DNA of 64,000 nt from an uncultured delta proteobacterium. Lineage in GTDB: Bacteria; Desulfobacterota; Syntrophia; Syntrophales; UBA2185. The DNA is taken from the NCBI GenBank assembly GCA_963729715.1, contig CAVSPA010000004.1, positions 640,961 through 704,960 on the forward strand. Reading direction: 5' to 3'. Positions 43,306 through 52,912 of this stretch are shown here, in pieces. Positions within the stretch are counted from its first letter, which is position 1; every line of letters starts with the position of its first letter. The notes below the pieces were generated by a model. The model was not told the DNA's origin, searched no databases, and saw only the letters and a list, made by a program, of their open reading frames with translations. A program made the position numbers and the translations under genes.

Positions 43306-44874
43306 ATGGCACAGGTAAGGATCAGTATGAGAAAGATAAAAGAAGTCTTAAGATTACATTTTGAAGCCGGGATATCCCAAGCCAAGATATCAGATATTGC
43401 CAATATCAGCAGATTTACAGTTCAGCAATATATAATGAGGTTTACCGCTGCCGGGCTGAGCTGGCCATTGGACATGAGTGATGATGAACTGGAACGGAGA
43501 TTGTTTCCCAGGAACAAGGGGAAAAATAACCGAGAGGAACCAGATTACCGCTGGTTGCTGCAGGAGATCCGCAGGCCAAACGCAACACTGTCTGTCTTAT
43601 GGGAAGAATACAAGCAACAGCACCCGGCTGGTTATCAATACAGCTATTTTTGTGATTTGTTCAATGCTTACCGGGAAAAGCTGAACTTAAGCATGCGCCA
43701 GGTTCACAAAGCCGGCGAGAAAACATTTATTGATTTCAGCGACAGTCCGATAAAGATTATCACTCGGGCAACCGGGACAGAGACCGATACAAAAATCTTC
43801 GTTTCTGTCTGGGGCGCATCAAGCTACATGTTTGCCAAGAGTTGCCTGGATGAGAAGTTGCCAACCTGGATAAGATTAAATGTCAACGCGCTGGAGTATT
43901 TTGGGTGTTGCCCAAGGGCGATGGTACCGGATAATCTCAGATCGGCGGTAAGCAGGGCATCCAGATATGAGCCTGATATAAATCCCACCTATGCGGAGTT
44001 TGCAAGACATTACGGGACAGTGATTTTTCCGGCAAGACCTTATCGGCCAAAAGACAAATCCAAAGCTGAGAATGGCATAAAGCTGGCGAAGCGGTGGATA
44101 TTGTTCCGGCTGCGCAATGAGCGCTTCTATTCGCTGAGCGAACTGAATGATGCGATCGGTGTATTGCTCAAAGAGTTTAACAAAAGAAAAATGAAAAAGT
44201 TTCAAAAAAGCCGGCAGGAGCTTTTTGAACTTTTAGACAAACCACATGCGCTTAAACTTCCGGATGCACATTACGAATTTGCTGAATGGAAAAAAGCCAA
44301 GGTACAGTTTAATTATCACGTCAGCTATGAGGGGCATGATTATTCGGTACCTTATACGCTCATTCATAAAGAGGTGGATATTAAAGCCACGCCTGTCCTG
44401 ATAGAGGTTTATTACAATGGCAAAAGAATCTGCAGTCATGCAAAAAGCAGCAAGCCTTACGGTTATACAACCGTCCCAGAGCATATGCCCCGGAATCATC
44501 AAAAATATCTGGAATGGACCCCGGACAGGATTCTGCATTATGCGGCGAAGTACGGGCAATCGGTTAAGGCGCTTGTTCAAAGGGTCATGGACTCCAGAAA
44601 GTTTCCTGAGCAGGCATATAAGTCATGCCTGGGCATCATCAGGCTTGAGAACAAATATACGGCGGCCCGCTTGGATCTTGCCTGCAATAGAGCGCTTCTA
44701 TACAGGGCTTATTCCTATAACAGCGTAGCTGCCATTCTCGAGAAAGGGCTGGATAAACAAACTCCTTTGTCACAGATAAACAACGCCGTCATTAATCACG
44801 AAAACATCAGAGGTTCGAATTATTATCTGGAAGGAGGAAACAGTGTACGCGCAGACAATAAGCAAAATGAATGA
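43306..44874 (+). CDS. istA: IS21 transposase
   Basis: IDFS, VPDNLRSAV and PKDKSKAE motifs. Confidence 0.95.
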   Translation: MAQVRISMRKIKEVLRLHFEAGISQAKISDIANISRFTVQQYIMRFTAAGLSWPLDMSDDELERRLFPRNKGKNNREEPDYRWLLQEIRRPNATLSVLWEEYKQQHPAGYQYSYFCDLFNAYREKLNLSMRQVHKAGEKTFIDFSDSPIKIITRATGTETDTKIFVSVWGASSYMFAKSCLDEKLPTWIRLNVNALEYFGCCPRAMVPDNLRSAVSRASRYEPDINPTYAEFARHYGTVIFPARPYRPKDKSKAENGIKLAKRWILFRLRNERFYSLSELNDAIGVLLKEFNKRKMKKFQKSRQELFELLDKPHALKLPDAHYEFAEWKKAKVQFNYHVSYEGHDYSVPYTLIHKEVDIKATPVLIEVYYNGKRICSHAKSSKPYGYTTVPEHMPRNHQKYLEWTPDRILHYAAKYGQSVKALVQRVMDSRKFPEQAYKSCLGIIRLENKYTAARLDLACNRALLYRAYSYNSVAAILEKGLDKQTPLSQINNAVINHENIRGSNYYLEGGNSVRADNKQNE

Positions 44875-45580
44875 AATGAAATTGCACGGTATGGCCAGAT
44901 CTTTTCAAGAACGGCGGACAAAACCGGACCATCAGGATTTAAGCCATGACGAGTTTACCGCCTTGCTGATTGATGACGAATATATACAAAGGCAGAACAA
45001 TCGTCAGCGCCGTTTGATGCAGAGGGCAAAGCTGAAGTTTCCCTCTGCTGCTCTGGAAAACATTGACTATCTCAAGAATAGAAACATTGCCAAAACGAAG
45101 ATTACTTCTTTACAGAATAACCAATGGTTGGAAAAACATCAGAACATTTTAATCTCAGGGCCAACCGGTGTTGGCAAGAGTTACCTGACATGTGCTTTCG
45201 GCCAGTGGGCCTGCCGGAATGGATTCTCTGTTTATTACAGCCGCTGGCCGAGAATGCTTGGCGATATCCTGGCTGCAAGAGGCGAAGGCAATTATCTAAA
45301 ATATCTGCAGAAGCTGACTAAAGTCGGACTGCTGATCATTGACGATTTCGGCTTAAACTCACTATCTGATGCCGATAAGAAAGATCTGATGGAGATTGTC
45401 GAGGATCGCTATATGACCGGTTCAACAATTATCGCAAGTCAGTTGCCGATCAAAGACTGGCATGCTTTTATCGGTGATCCCACAATCGCCGATGCTGTTT
45501 GTGACAGATTATTCCATGTCGCTCATAAATTTGAATTGAAAGGAGACACAATGCGAAAAAAAATAGAATCTATTGATTGA
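44843..45580 (+). CDS. istB: IS21 helper ATPase
   Basis: GPTGVGKS, IDDFG and ADAVCDRL motifs. Confidence 0.95.
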   Translation: MYAQTISKMNEMKLHGMARSFQERRTKPDHQDLSHDEFTALLIDDEYIQRQNNRQRRLMQRAKLKFPSAALENIDYLKNRNIAKTKITSLQNNQWLEKHQNILISGPTGVGKSYLTCAFGQWACRNGFSVYYSRWPRMLGDILAARGEGNYLKYLQKLTKVGLLIIDDFGLNSLSDADKKDLMEIVEDRYMTGSTIIASQLPIKDWHAFIGDPTIADAVCDRLFHVAHKFELKGDTMRKKIESID

Positions 45581-45992
45581 TGCCAGCAGGGTATGTTATT
45601 TAAACCCCGGTCAGCTTTCAGTATGCAGCAGGGTGCTGGCTTCCTCCGGAATCACCTGCAGGTTTCAGCGGTATTTCCAGTAAGCCGTATACGGACAAAA
45701 ATCTTAATGCTATATGGTCGGTGGCCTGTGAAAAAGCGGGTATGAGGAAAGTTAAACTTTACAATGCCATTAGGCATTCATTGGGTTGTCAGTTGCTGGA
45801 TAGAGGATTTGAATTTGATAAGGTCCAAAAGGTCCTGGGTCACACAAACCCAGAAATGACTAAAAGGTATGCAAAAAGATCAAACGAAAGCATCACCCAA
45901 ATGCTGATAGATAGAAGGGCCAAAATAGTGCATTTTAGAGGTCATTTAGAGGTCAAAAATAAACTTACAAGTACTTTATATTATTCAATAAT

Positions 45993-46020
45993 TTGGTGGA
46001 GGCGGCGGGAATCGAACCCG
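45993..46020 (-). repeat. att core: tmRNA-like 3' end, copy 2
   Basis: identical to 32102-32129; not preceded by a tmRNA/tRNA body. Confidence 0.85.
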
Positions 46021-46273
46021 CAATTCGTAATGCAAGTACCTAATTTTGAAAATAATTATTTCTACTTGATAATGAAGTGATAATACAACTTATTGTTCCT
46101 AAAGTCAATCATGCGGCGATTTTAGCAGACATGCATCGAATAGTAATAATCAAATGATTAATTCGTACAAACATGTTCCGAACGGTAGGCTTGAAGCGTC
46201 CGATCGTTATCGGCAGAATTATTCAGCTTGAATCTTTTGCAATTGTAGTGTATTGTAGTGACGGAGGTGTACC

Positions 46274-46492
46274 ATGAGAAGCGTTCTGTCTGTCAGTTTA
46301 CCCGGAAAAATGGCCGCCGAGCTGGATGTTCTTGCCAGGAAAACAGGAAGGAATAAAAGCGATATCGTGAAAGAGTCTTTGGGGCTATTTTTATGGGAAA
46401 ACAGATTCCGCCAGGTAAAGCAACGCCTGAGTCGTAAAGCAAAAGCAGCGGGATTTATTACGGATGACGATGTATTTAAGGCAATATCGTGA
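46274..46492 (+). CDS. ribbon-helix-helix (CopG-like) antitoxin
   Basis: LSVSLP...L..LA..TGRNKSDIVKE pattern; 4-bp overlap with the PIN gene. Confidence 0.85.
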   Translation: MRSVLSVSLPGKMAAELDVLARKTGRNKSDIVKESLGLFLWENRFRQVKQRLSRKAKAAGFITDDDVFKAIS

Positions 46493-46896
46493 AGGCGGTA
46501 TTTGATACAAATGTTCTTATAGCCGCCTTTCTGACGGAAGGGCTTTGTTCCAGCCTTCTAATTCGAGCCCGCAAGCGGGCCTTCAATCTTGTTTTGTGTG
46601 ACGATATTACCCAGGAATTTCAAGGTATCCTTTCAAAAAAGTTCAAACTGGCATCCTCTGACATTTCTGAAATCACAGCCATAGTTACGGAGGCCGCATT
46701 TGAAATACTTCATAACCTTGGTCATATTCCGAGTATTTGCAGGGATCCAAATGATGATATGATTATTGCCTGCGCTATCAACGCGGGCGCGGATTATATC
46801 GTTACCGGTGATGAAGACCTGCTGACCATGAAAAGCTACAAGAATATCGCCATAATTAATCCTCGAGATTTTGAAGCCCTTTTTGTTGAAGACTAA
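46489..46896 (+). CDS. PIN-domain toxin
   Basis: VFDTNV, CRDPND and IVTGDEDLL motifs. Confidence 0.9.
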   Translation: MKAVFDTNVLIAAFLTEGLCSSLLIRARKRAFNLVLCDDITQEFQGILSKKFKLASSDISEITAIVTEAAFEILHNLGHIPSICRDPNDDMIIACAINAGADYIVTGDEDLLTMKSYKNIAIINPRDFEALFVED

Positions 46897-47223
46897 CGAA
46901 GCTCAATTAAGTATGATTGATTGAAGAGTGGTGGACATGGACTTACTGACAGCTTCCCCTCAACAGATCGTCACCCTCAACGAAAATGCAGTATTTCAAT
47001 TTGAAACATGCATAGGTTGGACAGTTTATTTTCTATTCATATAGAATCCGACTTTCTTCCTGTTACCAATGACATGACAGATATCTTCGTTATGCAAGAC
47101 TTCATATTGTAATCCTTACTATGAGATGCATCACATGATTCGGCCCTAGATATTCTTAGCGATTGACTGCCATGAATAAAGGCTATAAAAAAAGTGAAAT
47201 CACTGTCAAGAAAGGGGGACGGC

Positions 47224-48024
47224 ATGAGATACATCACCACATTATTAATAATCGTGCTCGTTATTCTCGTTTCTTCAATGCCGATGGCCGCGGAAAAGGA
47301 ATTTATTAACTCAATCGGTATGAAATTTGTCCTTATCCCGGCCGGGACGTTTACCATGGGTTCGCCTTCCAATGAGCCGAGTCGGTGGAGTTATGAGACA
47401 CAGCACCAAGTGACAATTAGCAGGCCTTTTCACATGCAGACAACAGTGGTGACCCAGGGACAGTGGAAGGCTGTCATGGGGAGCAATCCGTCGCATTTCA
47501 CCAATTGCGGCGACGACTGCCCCGTGGAGCAGGTTTCCTGGTACGATGTCCAGGAATTTATCCGGAAACTCAACCGGCAGGAAGGGACGGACAAGTACAG
47601 GCTTCCCACGGAGGCGGAGTGGGAATATGCGGCGCGGGCGGGGACGACAACACCCTTTAATACAGGAAACTGCCTTTCAACGGAACAAGCGAACTATAAT
47701 GGGAATTATCCTTTATCAGGATGTCCCAAAGGAGAGAATAGACGAAAGACCGTTCGAGTCGGGAGCTTTTCTCCCAATGCCTGGGGTCTCTATGACATGC
47801 ACGGCAACGTCTGGCAGTGGTGTCAGGACTGGTACGGGAATTATTCATCAGACAGCGTAACGGATCCTGTAGGACCTTCATCAGGCCGGTACCGGATCTT
47901 TCGTGGCGGCGGCTGGGACCGCGGCGGCGCGCGCGGCTGCCGCTCAGCGAGTCGTGGATTCTTAGTCGTCCCCCCGGACCGCACTTGCCCCGCCGTAGGG
48001 TTCCGTCTCGCCAGCACGGCTTGA
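47224..48024 (+). CDS. exported FGE-sulfatase/SUMF1 (CLec-fold) domain protein
   Basis: signal peptide; F.MGS, RLPTEAEWEYAARAG, N.WGLYDMHGNVWQW and RGG.W...GFR motifs. Confidence 0.92.
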   Translation: MRYITTLLIIVLVILVSSMPMAAEKEFINSIGMKFVLIPAGTFTMGSPSNEPSRWSYETQHQVTISRPFHMQTTVVTQGQWKAVMGSNPSHFTNCGDDCPVEQVSWYDVQEFIRKLNRQEGTDKYRLPTEAEWEYAARAGTTTPFNTGNCLSTEQANYNGNYPLSGCPKGENRRKTVRVGSFSPNAWGLYDMHGNVWQWCQDWYGNYSSDSVTDPVGPSSGRYRIFRGGGWDRGGARGCRSASRGFLVVPPDRTCPAVGFRLASTA

Positions 48025-48180
48025 AGGCAGCTCGTGACGTGTTTACAGATACTGCAGCCGTCCTTCCATGCTGTCCAGACGCATGTCCTGCTCCGGAGCT
48101 GAGCCGGATGAATAAAGCTATAATCACATCAAAGACTTCTTTCCGTAATCATTAAAAAAGAAAGATGCCTCCGAGCAAGT

Positions 48181-48303
48181 GTAGGTGGACACGAGAGCCG
48201 GTACATTTCATATTTCCTTTCATCGATTCTTCTCAGTACCGGTTGAAACATGTAGACCAAAAATTTCCATTTCTTTACTGACGACAAAAACAAATGCCTT
48301 CCT
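48181..48303 (+). repeat. ~123-bp non-coding direct repeat, copy 1
   Basis: near-identical to 49219-49341; internal CCGGTAC...GTACCGG inverted repeat. Confidence 0.9.
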
Positions 48304-48411
48304 GTACTCACTAATTGACTGTTTTTGAAAAATACGCAATGTTACAATTGATAATAGTTAATAATTTTGGCACCATCGGGAAACTGGTCTATTCGACTTA
48401 GGAGGGTTATC

Positions 48412-49098
48412 ATGAAAATAGTCTCAAAGATTCTGCTGATGGTTTTGCTGTCGCTTGGCCTTTCCTTGCCATTAGCATCCGGCAGGGCGTATGCGATGGC
48501 GCAGATCACCATGGTCAACAGGTCTCAGTTGACGTTGTACCTCTACATCGATGGGAATTTTGGCTGCGGCCCGGTACCGGGTGTTGGCCACTTCACGAAC
48601 AGCCCCGGCCTGTTCTGCACGTCCAGCGTCACGCCGGGTCCGCATCGGTTGGAAGCGAAATATGGCCAGAAGGTTGTGAGGCATGAGGATGATGTTAACA
48701 TCGGGGACGGTACTTCCCCGACTTGGACGGTTGTCATCGAGAACCCTGATGAGGACCTCATTCAGAGTCTCAATGGTGCGCAGTATTTCAGTCGGTCAGG
48801 GAATGACAAAGTGCAGCAGGAGTTCAAACTCGAAATCAGAGGAACCACGCTCATTTTTACTCAGCGCTGCGTATGGGCCGTGCCGGAAATAGCTAAGGCC
48901 ATGGCAAACGGTACAAACGGATTCTACAAGGCCCCAGTTGGGACATGGGGTGATCCTATCGAAATGCAAATCGTCGGACGCGAAGCCCATTTCCAAAACG
49001 CAGGAAGCAACTTAGTATATACTATCAGCGAGGATGGCAACAGTATAGTTAACGAGGACAGGCTAAGAGGGGGAACGGTTACATATAACCGTCAGTGA
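48412..49098 (+). CDS. exported hypothetical protein
   Basis: GGAGGG RBS; signal peptide; beta-rich. Confidence 0.7.
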   Translation: MKIVSKILLMVLLSLGLSLPLASGRAYAMAQITMVNRSQLTLYLYIDGNFGCGPVPGVGHFTNSPGLFCTSSVTPGPHRLEAKYGQKVVRHEDDVNIGDGTSPTWTVVIENPDEDLIQSLNGAQYFSRSGNDKVQQEFKLEIRGTTLIFTQRCVWAVPEIAKAMANGTNGFYKAPVGTWGDPIEMQIVGREAHFQNAGSNLVYTISEDGNSIVNEDRLRGGTVTYNRQ

Positions 49099-49218
49099 AT
49101 CCTTTGTGCAGGGCTATGATGAACAGTTCTCAGGGCAGTACGGATTCTGGCGGCCTTATATCGCATTGTTTGAACTGGTAATCCTCACTCCAATCCCAAA
49201 CCGAAAGTTACTGATAAG

Positions 49219-49341
49219 GTAGGTGGACACGAGAGCCGGTACATTTCATACTTCCATTGATCTATCTCAGGCAGTACCGGTTGAAACATGCAGACCTAAA
49301 ATTTCCATTTCTTCACTGACGACAAAAATAAATACCTTCCT
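49219..49341 (+). repeat. ~123-bp non-coding direct repeat, copy 2
   Basis: near-identical to 48181-48303. Confidence 0.9.
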
Positions 49342-49374
49342 CTCCTGAGAAACTTCACGTCCAATAAGGGTTTC

Positions 49375-50775
49375 CTAAGAACGTACATTGCTAGCGAGAG
49401 GTTCCAAAGTAATGGCATAACCTAATTGTTTGGCTTTAGTTTTAATATTTTTAATTACTCGTTCTTTGTATTTTTGTTCATAATAGTCTACTCCGGGGTC
49501 CAGATAGGCTTCTCCGTTTTTCCAAAGACGATAGAATATGCGGGCAAGCTTATGGGCTGTCGCGGTAATCGCTTTGGGTGCCCCAAGCCTCGCACGCATA
49601 CGGCGGTAATATGCGCCTAAGGCACTTGCGCTGCTGTGCAAAGATTCAGCGGCCATACGAAAGGCTTCAGCGGCTCGATTTACCACTTTACGGGTTTTAC
49701 TGGATTTTACTTTTCCGCCGGTAATGCGATTATCCGGGCATAATCCCAGCCAGGATGCAAAATGCTTCTCCGTAGGGAAAGATCCAGGATTAAGGCCAAC
49801 CTCGCTAATGACCGTCTGGACAGTCATTACATCCAACCCGTCAATCCGGGTTAAATCGGCGCCGGTTATCCGGTATAAGTGAGTATGCAAATCGATTTTA
49901 GGCTCGTTGCGTCTTCGCTTTCTGTTTGCCTTTTTTGAAGGAGGCACCGGGTTAGTGTTTATGTCTAATTTGGAGTCGAATTGGGCCAAACAATTCTCTA
50001 TCTGCCGGTCGCAGGCTTCAATCTTCTGGTGATAAAAATCATAAAGTTCAACGGCCTGCTTTAAAGCAAACATATGTTCTTCACGATAGTCCCCTTCCAG
50101 AGATTTGACGATGTCCTGGACACTGCACATAATACGGCGATCTCTCATGTCGGCCAAAACAAGGGGGTCACGTTCACCGGCAATGATGGCACGAACAATA
50201 CGCATGCCGGTAACACCGGTAATGTCCGAGATGACTTTGTGCAACTGGATATTCATCTCCGTAAGCGCCTTCTGCATATGCAGGATATGAGAGGATGCAT
50301 AACGAAGAAGATTGTCACGATGGCGCCAATAACTCCTCATAACACAAATCTGGTCTTCCGGTCGAAACGAACCGCTTAAAAGACCGTAGGCATGGAGATT
50401 TTGCAGCCATTGGCAATCCTGAACATCCGATTTACGGCCGGGAACATTCTTCACATGCCGGGCATTAACCAGTTTGACCTCAAACCCGTAAGTCTCAAGA
50501 ATTTGAAACACCGGGATCCAATAAACACCCGTTGACTCCATGGCAACACTATCGATTCGGCACTCTTTCAGCCACTGGGCCATCGCATGAAGATCGGATG
50601 TAAAACAACGGAAGGGACGCACGGGACGCTTATCACGATCTTCGGGGACGGCGACATAATGCTCCTCTGCACCGATATCTATGCCGGCGGCATTTAAATT
50701 AAGCTTGGATAGCATACCGGAATCCTTAGATTGGACGGATAACTTCTTTTGTTGCCTTTTAAGACTGTTCCCCAT
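49375..50775 (-). CDS. IS110 transposase, apparently intact
   Basis: GIDIG, MESTGVYW, RKSDVQD and PDNRITGG motifs. Confidence 0.93.
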   Translation of the reverse strand: MGNSLKRQQKKLSVQSKDSGMLSKLNLNAAGIDIGAEEHYVAVPEDRDKRPVRPFRCFTSDLHAMAQWLKECRIDSVAMESTGVYWIPVFQILETYGFEVKLVNARHVKNVPGRKSDVQDCQWLQNLHAYGLLSGSFRPEDQICVMRSYWRHRDNLLRYASSHILHMQKALTEMNIQLHKVISDITGVTGMRIVRAIIAGERDPLVLADMRDRRIMCSVQDIVKSLEGDYREEHMFALKQAVELYDFYHQKIEACDRQIENCLAQFDSKLDINTNPVPPSKKANRKRRRNEPKIDLHTHLYRITGADLTRIDGLDVMTVQTVISEVGLNPGSFPTEKHFASWLGLCPDNRITGGKVKSSKTRKVVNRAAEAFRMAAESLHSSASALGAYYRRMRARLGAPKAITATAHKLARIFYRLWKNGEAYLDPGVDYYEQKYKERVIKNIKTKAKQLGYAITLEPLASNVRS

Positions 50776-50799
50776 AAACTTGCCCCCTGATTGGTTTTT

Positions 50800-50975
50800 G
50801 GGGCATGCCCCGGCCCGAGTCGGTAAAAAACGGTTAATCTCCTGAACGGGATCTGACATGCCGAAAAGACATGATTTGTCACCAATGTAATAACCAAAGA
50901 AAACTCGGTACCATGCTTCTAGACGGGTATGAAAACACCAGTGAGGAGTCGATATTGACTGCCGGGGCGCACCCG
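50800..50975 (-). ncRNA. bridge-RNA-like region of IS110 element C
   Basis: TGCTTCTAGA and TCTCCTGA are identical to the element junctions; RNA ends approximate. Confidence 0.7.
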
Positions 50976-51104
50976 CTGCCTACTTTATAAAATTGTATTT
51001 AATAAAGCCAGTTTCTTCCATGAATAACACCGTTGCGTAGCACCGGGGTCAATTGCTTCTAGAGAAGAGAGTCAAGTATTTTCTTGTGACACACTGTTAA
51101 AGCT

Positions 51105-51285
51105 GTAAATGGTTGTGGTGGTACTTCAACCTTTTTATTCCTTTTCACCTAACCTCTTTTATTCTACGGGCCTTCTGCCCAACTTACCTTATGCAGGACG
51201 AAAAGGGTGGTGGAAGTTGACCAAGCTGAATCGTGCAAGCCCTATGACCTACGAAGGTATTCGGTCCTTCCTTCCACCACAACCA
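51105..51285 (-). ncRNA. bridge/seek-RNA-like region of IS110 element D
   Basis: closed by the long stem TGGTTGTGGTGG / CCACCACAACCA; contains target and donor matches. Confidence 0.75.
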
Positions 51286-51295
51286 CTTTTTTGTT

Positions 51296-52585
51296 TTATG
51301 CAATTGCTACAGCAGGCGCCATATCTTCAAATCCCCGTTTGTCCCGTAACAGCGCAAAGATCACTTTGATCAGCTTGATAGCCACTGCGCAGAGAATCTC
51401 CTTCCTTCTGGGCTGCTGACCCACTCTGTTCTTTGTCTCTAATTTGCGGTGATAATACTCCTGAAAATATTTACTCAAAACTATCACTCTCATACTCATA
51501 AAGAAGAGATACTTCCGTAAGAGCCACCGCCCCTTCTTGGAAATGAACTTCCGGCCTACCCGGGATCCCGAATCACTCTCCTGGGGATCGTACCCGGCGT
51601 ACTTCACAATCTGGCGGGCATTATGAAAATGCGCAGGGTTTCCCAGTTCTCCCAGAAATACAGCTGCAGACAGGTAACCTATGCCCGGGATGCTCATAAG
51701 ATAGGGCGTTGATGGAATGTCCTTCACCATGCTTTTCAGCTGTCGATCCATATCCTTGAGCGTCAGGACCGTCCGCTTCACTTCTTCCAGGCACATCCAT
51801 ACCCGGTACCGGTCAGCAGTGCCGATCTGCTTTACTCCAATACTCTTTTGAGCTGCCTCGCAGAGCGCTTTTGCCTTCCCGGCAGATCCCGCTTTCTTTC
51901 GTGAACTCCGTGCAATCAGTTCTTGAAGAATCGACGTCTTTATCAATACAACATCCTCAGGAAAAGGACACTTCTCTAGAATCACCCACAGGCTCCGCGC
52001 CCCCATTGACCGGAATATCTCATGCAGTTCGGGAAAATAGTCGTCCAGGGCCGCATGCAGGGAGTTCTTTGCACTCACACTGTACCGGAGGAGTCTCTCC
52101 CGTGCCTTCGATAATGTCCTCAGCTGTCTCAGCACTCCATCCTCGATGACTGTGTCAATATATTTACCCTCACGGGTAATGTTCGCTATGGTTAATGCAT
52201 CTCTCCGGTCACTCTTCGCAGACGAACTCTCATCCAGCTCCCGGTGATGCTTCAGTGCCGTGGTCCGTACAAAACGTACCTCATAACCATGCTCTTTTGC
52301 AAAATAGGCGAGCTTCCTCCAGTAATGCCCCGTTGGCTCCATCCCGATAAGGACGTCTCTAAGGCGATGTTTCGCTTTAAGTCCCTCTATCATCTTTACA
52401 AACTGCTCAAACCCTTCCCGGTTGTTATACAGCTTCGCACAGCTGCCCAATACGTTGCCGTCCTTATTCATAAATCCCACTGCATTGAATGCTTTGCCGA
52501 CATCCACCCCGACTATCAGTGTTGTCTTACTGATCCTTTGACGCCTTGCTGCCTGCCTGTTATAATCTCTTTCGGACATGGTCAC
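51296..52585 (-). CDS. IS110 transposase, apparently intact
   Basis: GVDVGK, MEPTGHYW, KSDRRD, IPGIG and ESDSG motifs. Confidence 0.93.
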   Translation of the reverse strand: MTMSERDYNRQAARRQRISKTTLIVGVDVGKAFNAVGFMNKDGNVLGSCAKLYNNREGFEQFVKMIEGLKAKHRLRDVLIGMEPTGHYWRKLAYFAKEHGYEVRFVRTTALKHHRELDESSSAKSDRRDALTIANITREGKYIDTVIEDGVLRQLRTLSKARERLLRYSVSAKNSLHAALDDYFPELHEIFRSMGARSLWVILEKCPFPEDVVLIKTSILQELIARSSRKKAGSAGKAKALCEAAQKSIGVKQIGTADRYRVWMCLEEVKRTVLTLKDMDRQLKSMVKDIPSTPYLMSIPGIGYLSAAVFLGELGNPAHFHNARQIVKYAGYDPQESDSGSRVGRKFISKKGRWLLRKYLFFMSMRVIVLSKYFQEYYHRKLETKNRVGQQPRRKEILCAVAIKLIKVIFALLRDKRGFEDMAPAVAIA

Positions 52586-52912
52586 TTCTCCTTTCTGTTA
52601 TTTTTGTTTGGGATATTCAACTTTAACAGATCGAGAATACCATGTCCTCACTTCTCTTCCTTATAGTAAGCTGAAGTCCACAAACTGCCATCTTTGATTT
52701 TCATTGTAGATTCCAAATGGGAATAATGATAATCAACAAACCTATATATGACGCCAGAGATTTAGATTTATAAATCCTTTAACATTGCTTGAGGGTGCGA
52801 TGGACTAATTAGCGAAACCCCGTTTCTTGAAAGATGCGGGGTTTTATATTCAGGGTAACGCTATAAAAAACTGTCTGCACTAAATCTAATTTCTGATGAT
52901 AGGAGTACTATT

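Larger units (their letters stand above)
43107..45679 (+). mobile_element. IS21-family element 3
   Basis: IR TGGAGAATCCGTTCAAAACC / TGGAAATACCGCTGAAACC; CCAGCA repeats; 5-bp TSD GTAAG at 43102-43106 and 45680-45684. Confidence 0.93.
42605..46000 (+). pseudogene. phage-type tyrosine integrase remnant 2, interrupted by IS21
   Basis: GFRIGE and STKT left of the IS; YNAIRHS...LGH...TKRY right of it; several internal stops. Confidence 0.85.
32102..46020. mobile_element. 13.9-kb decayed genomic island bounded by 28-bp direct repeats
   Basis: identical att cores; shared 21-bp arm-like repeat near both ends; integrase remnant next to the right att. Confidence 0.75.
49342..51057 (-). mobile_element. 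IS110-family element C
   Basis: CT at 49342-49343 and 51056-51057; subterminal IR AGAAACT/AGTTTCT; guide matches. Confidence 0.85.
49339..52669 (-). mobile_element. IS110-family element D (non-coding region downstream of the transposase, IS1111-like layout), carrying element C in its terminus
   Basis: subterminal IR TCTCTTC/GAAGAGA; guide segments in 51150-51261 match the flanks at 49331-49339 and 52668-52675. Confidence 0.75.

Noticed and set aside
52812..52845. c-di-GMP riboswitch upstream of the caspase cluster
   Set aside because: Only a single AAACCCCG/CGGGGTTT hairpin; the conserved second stem and junction are missing.
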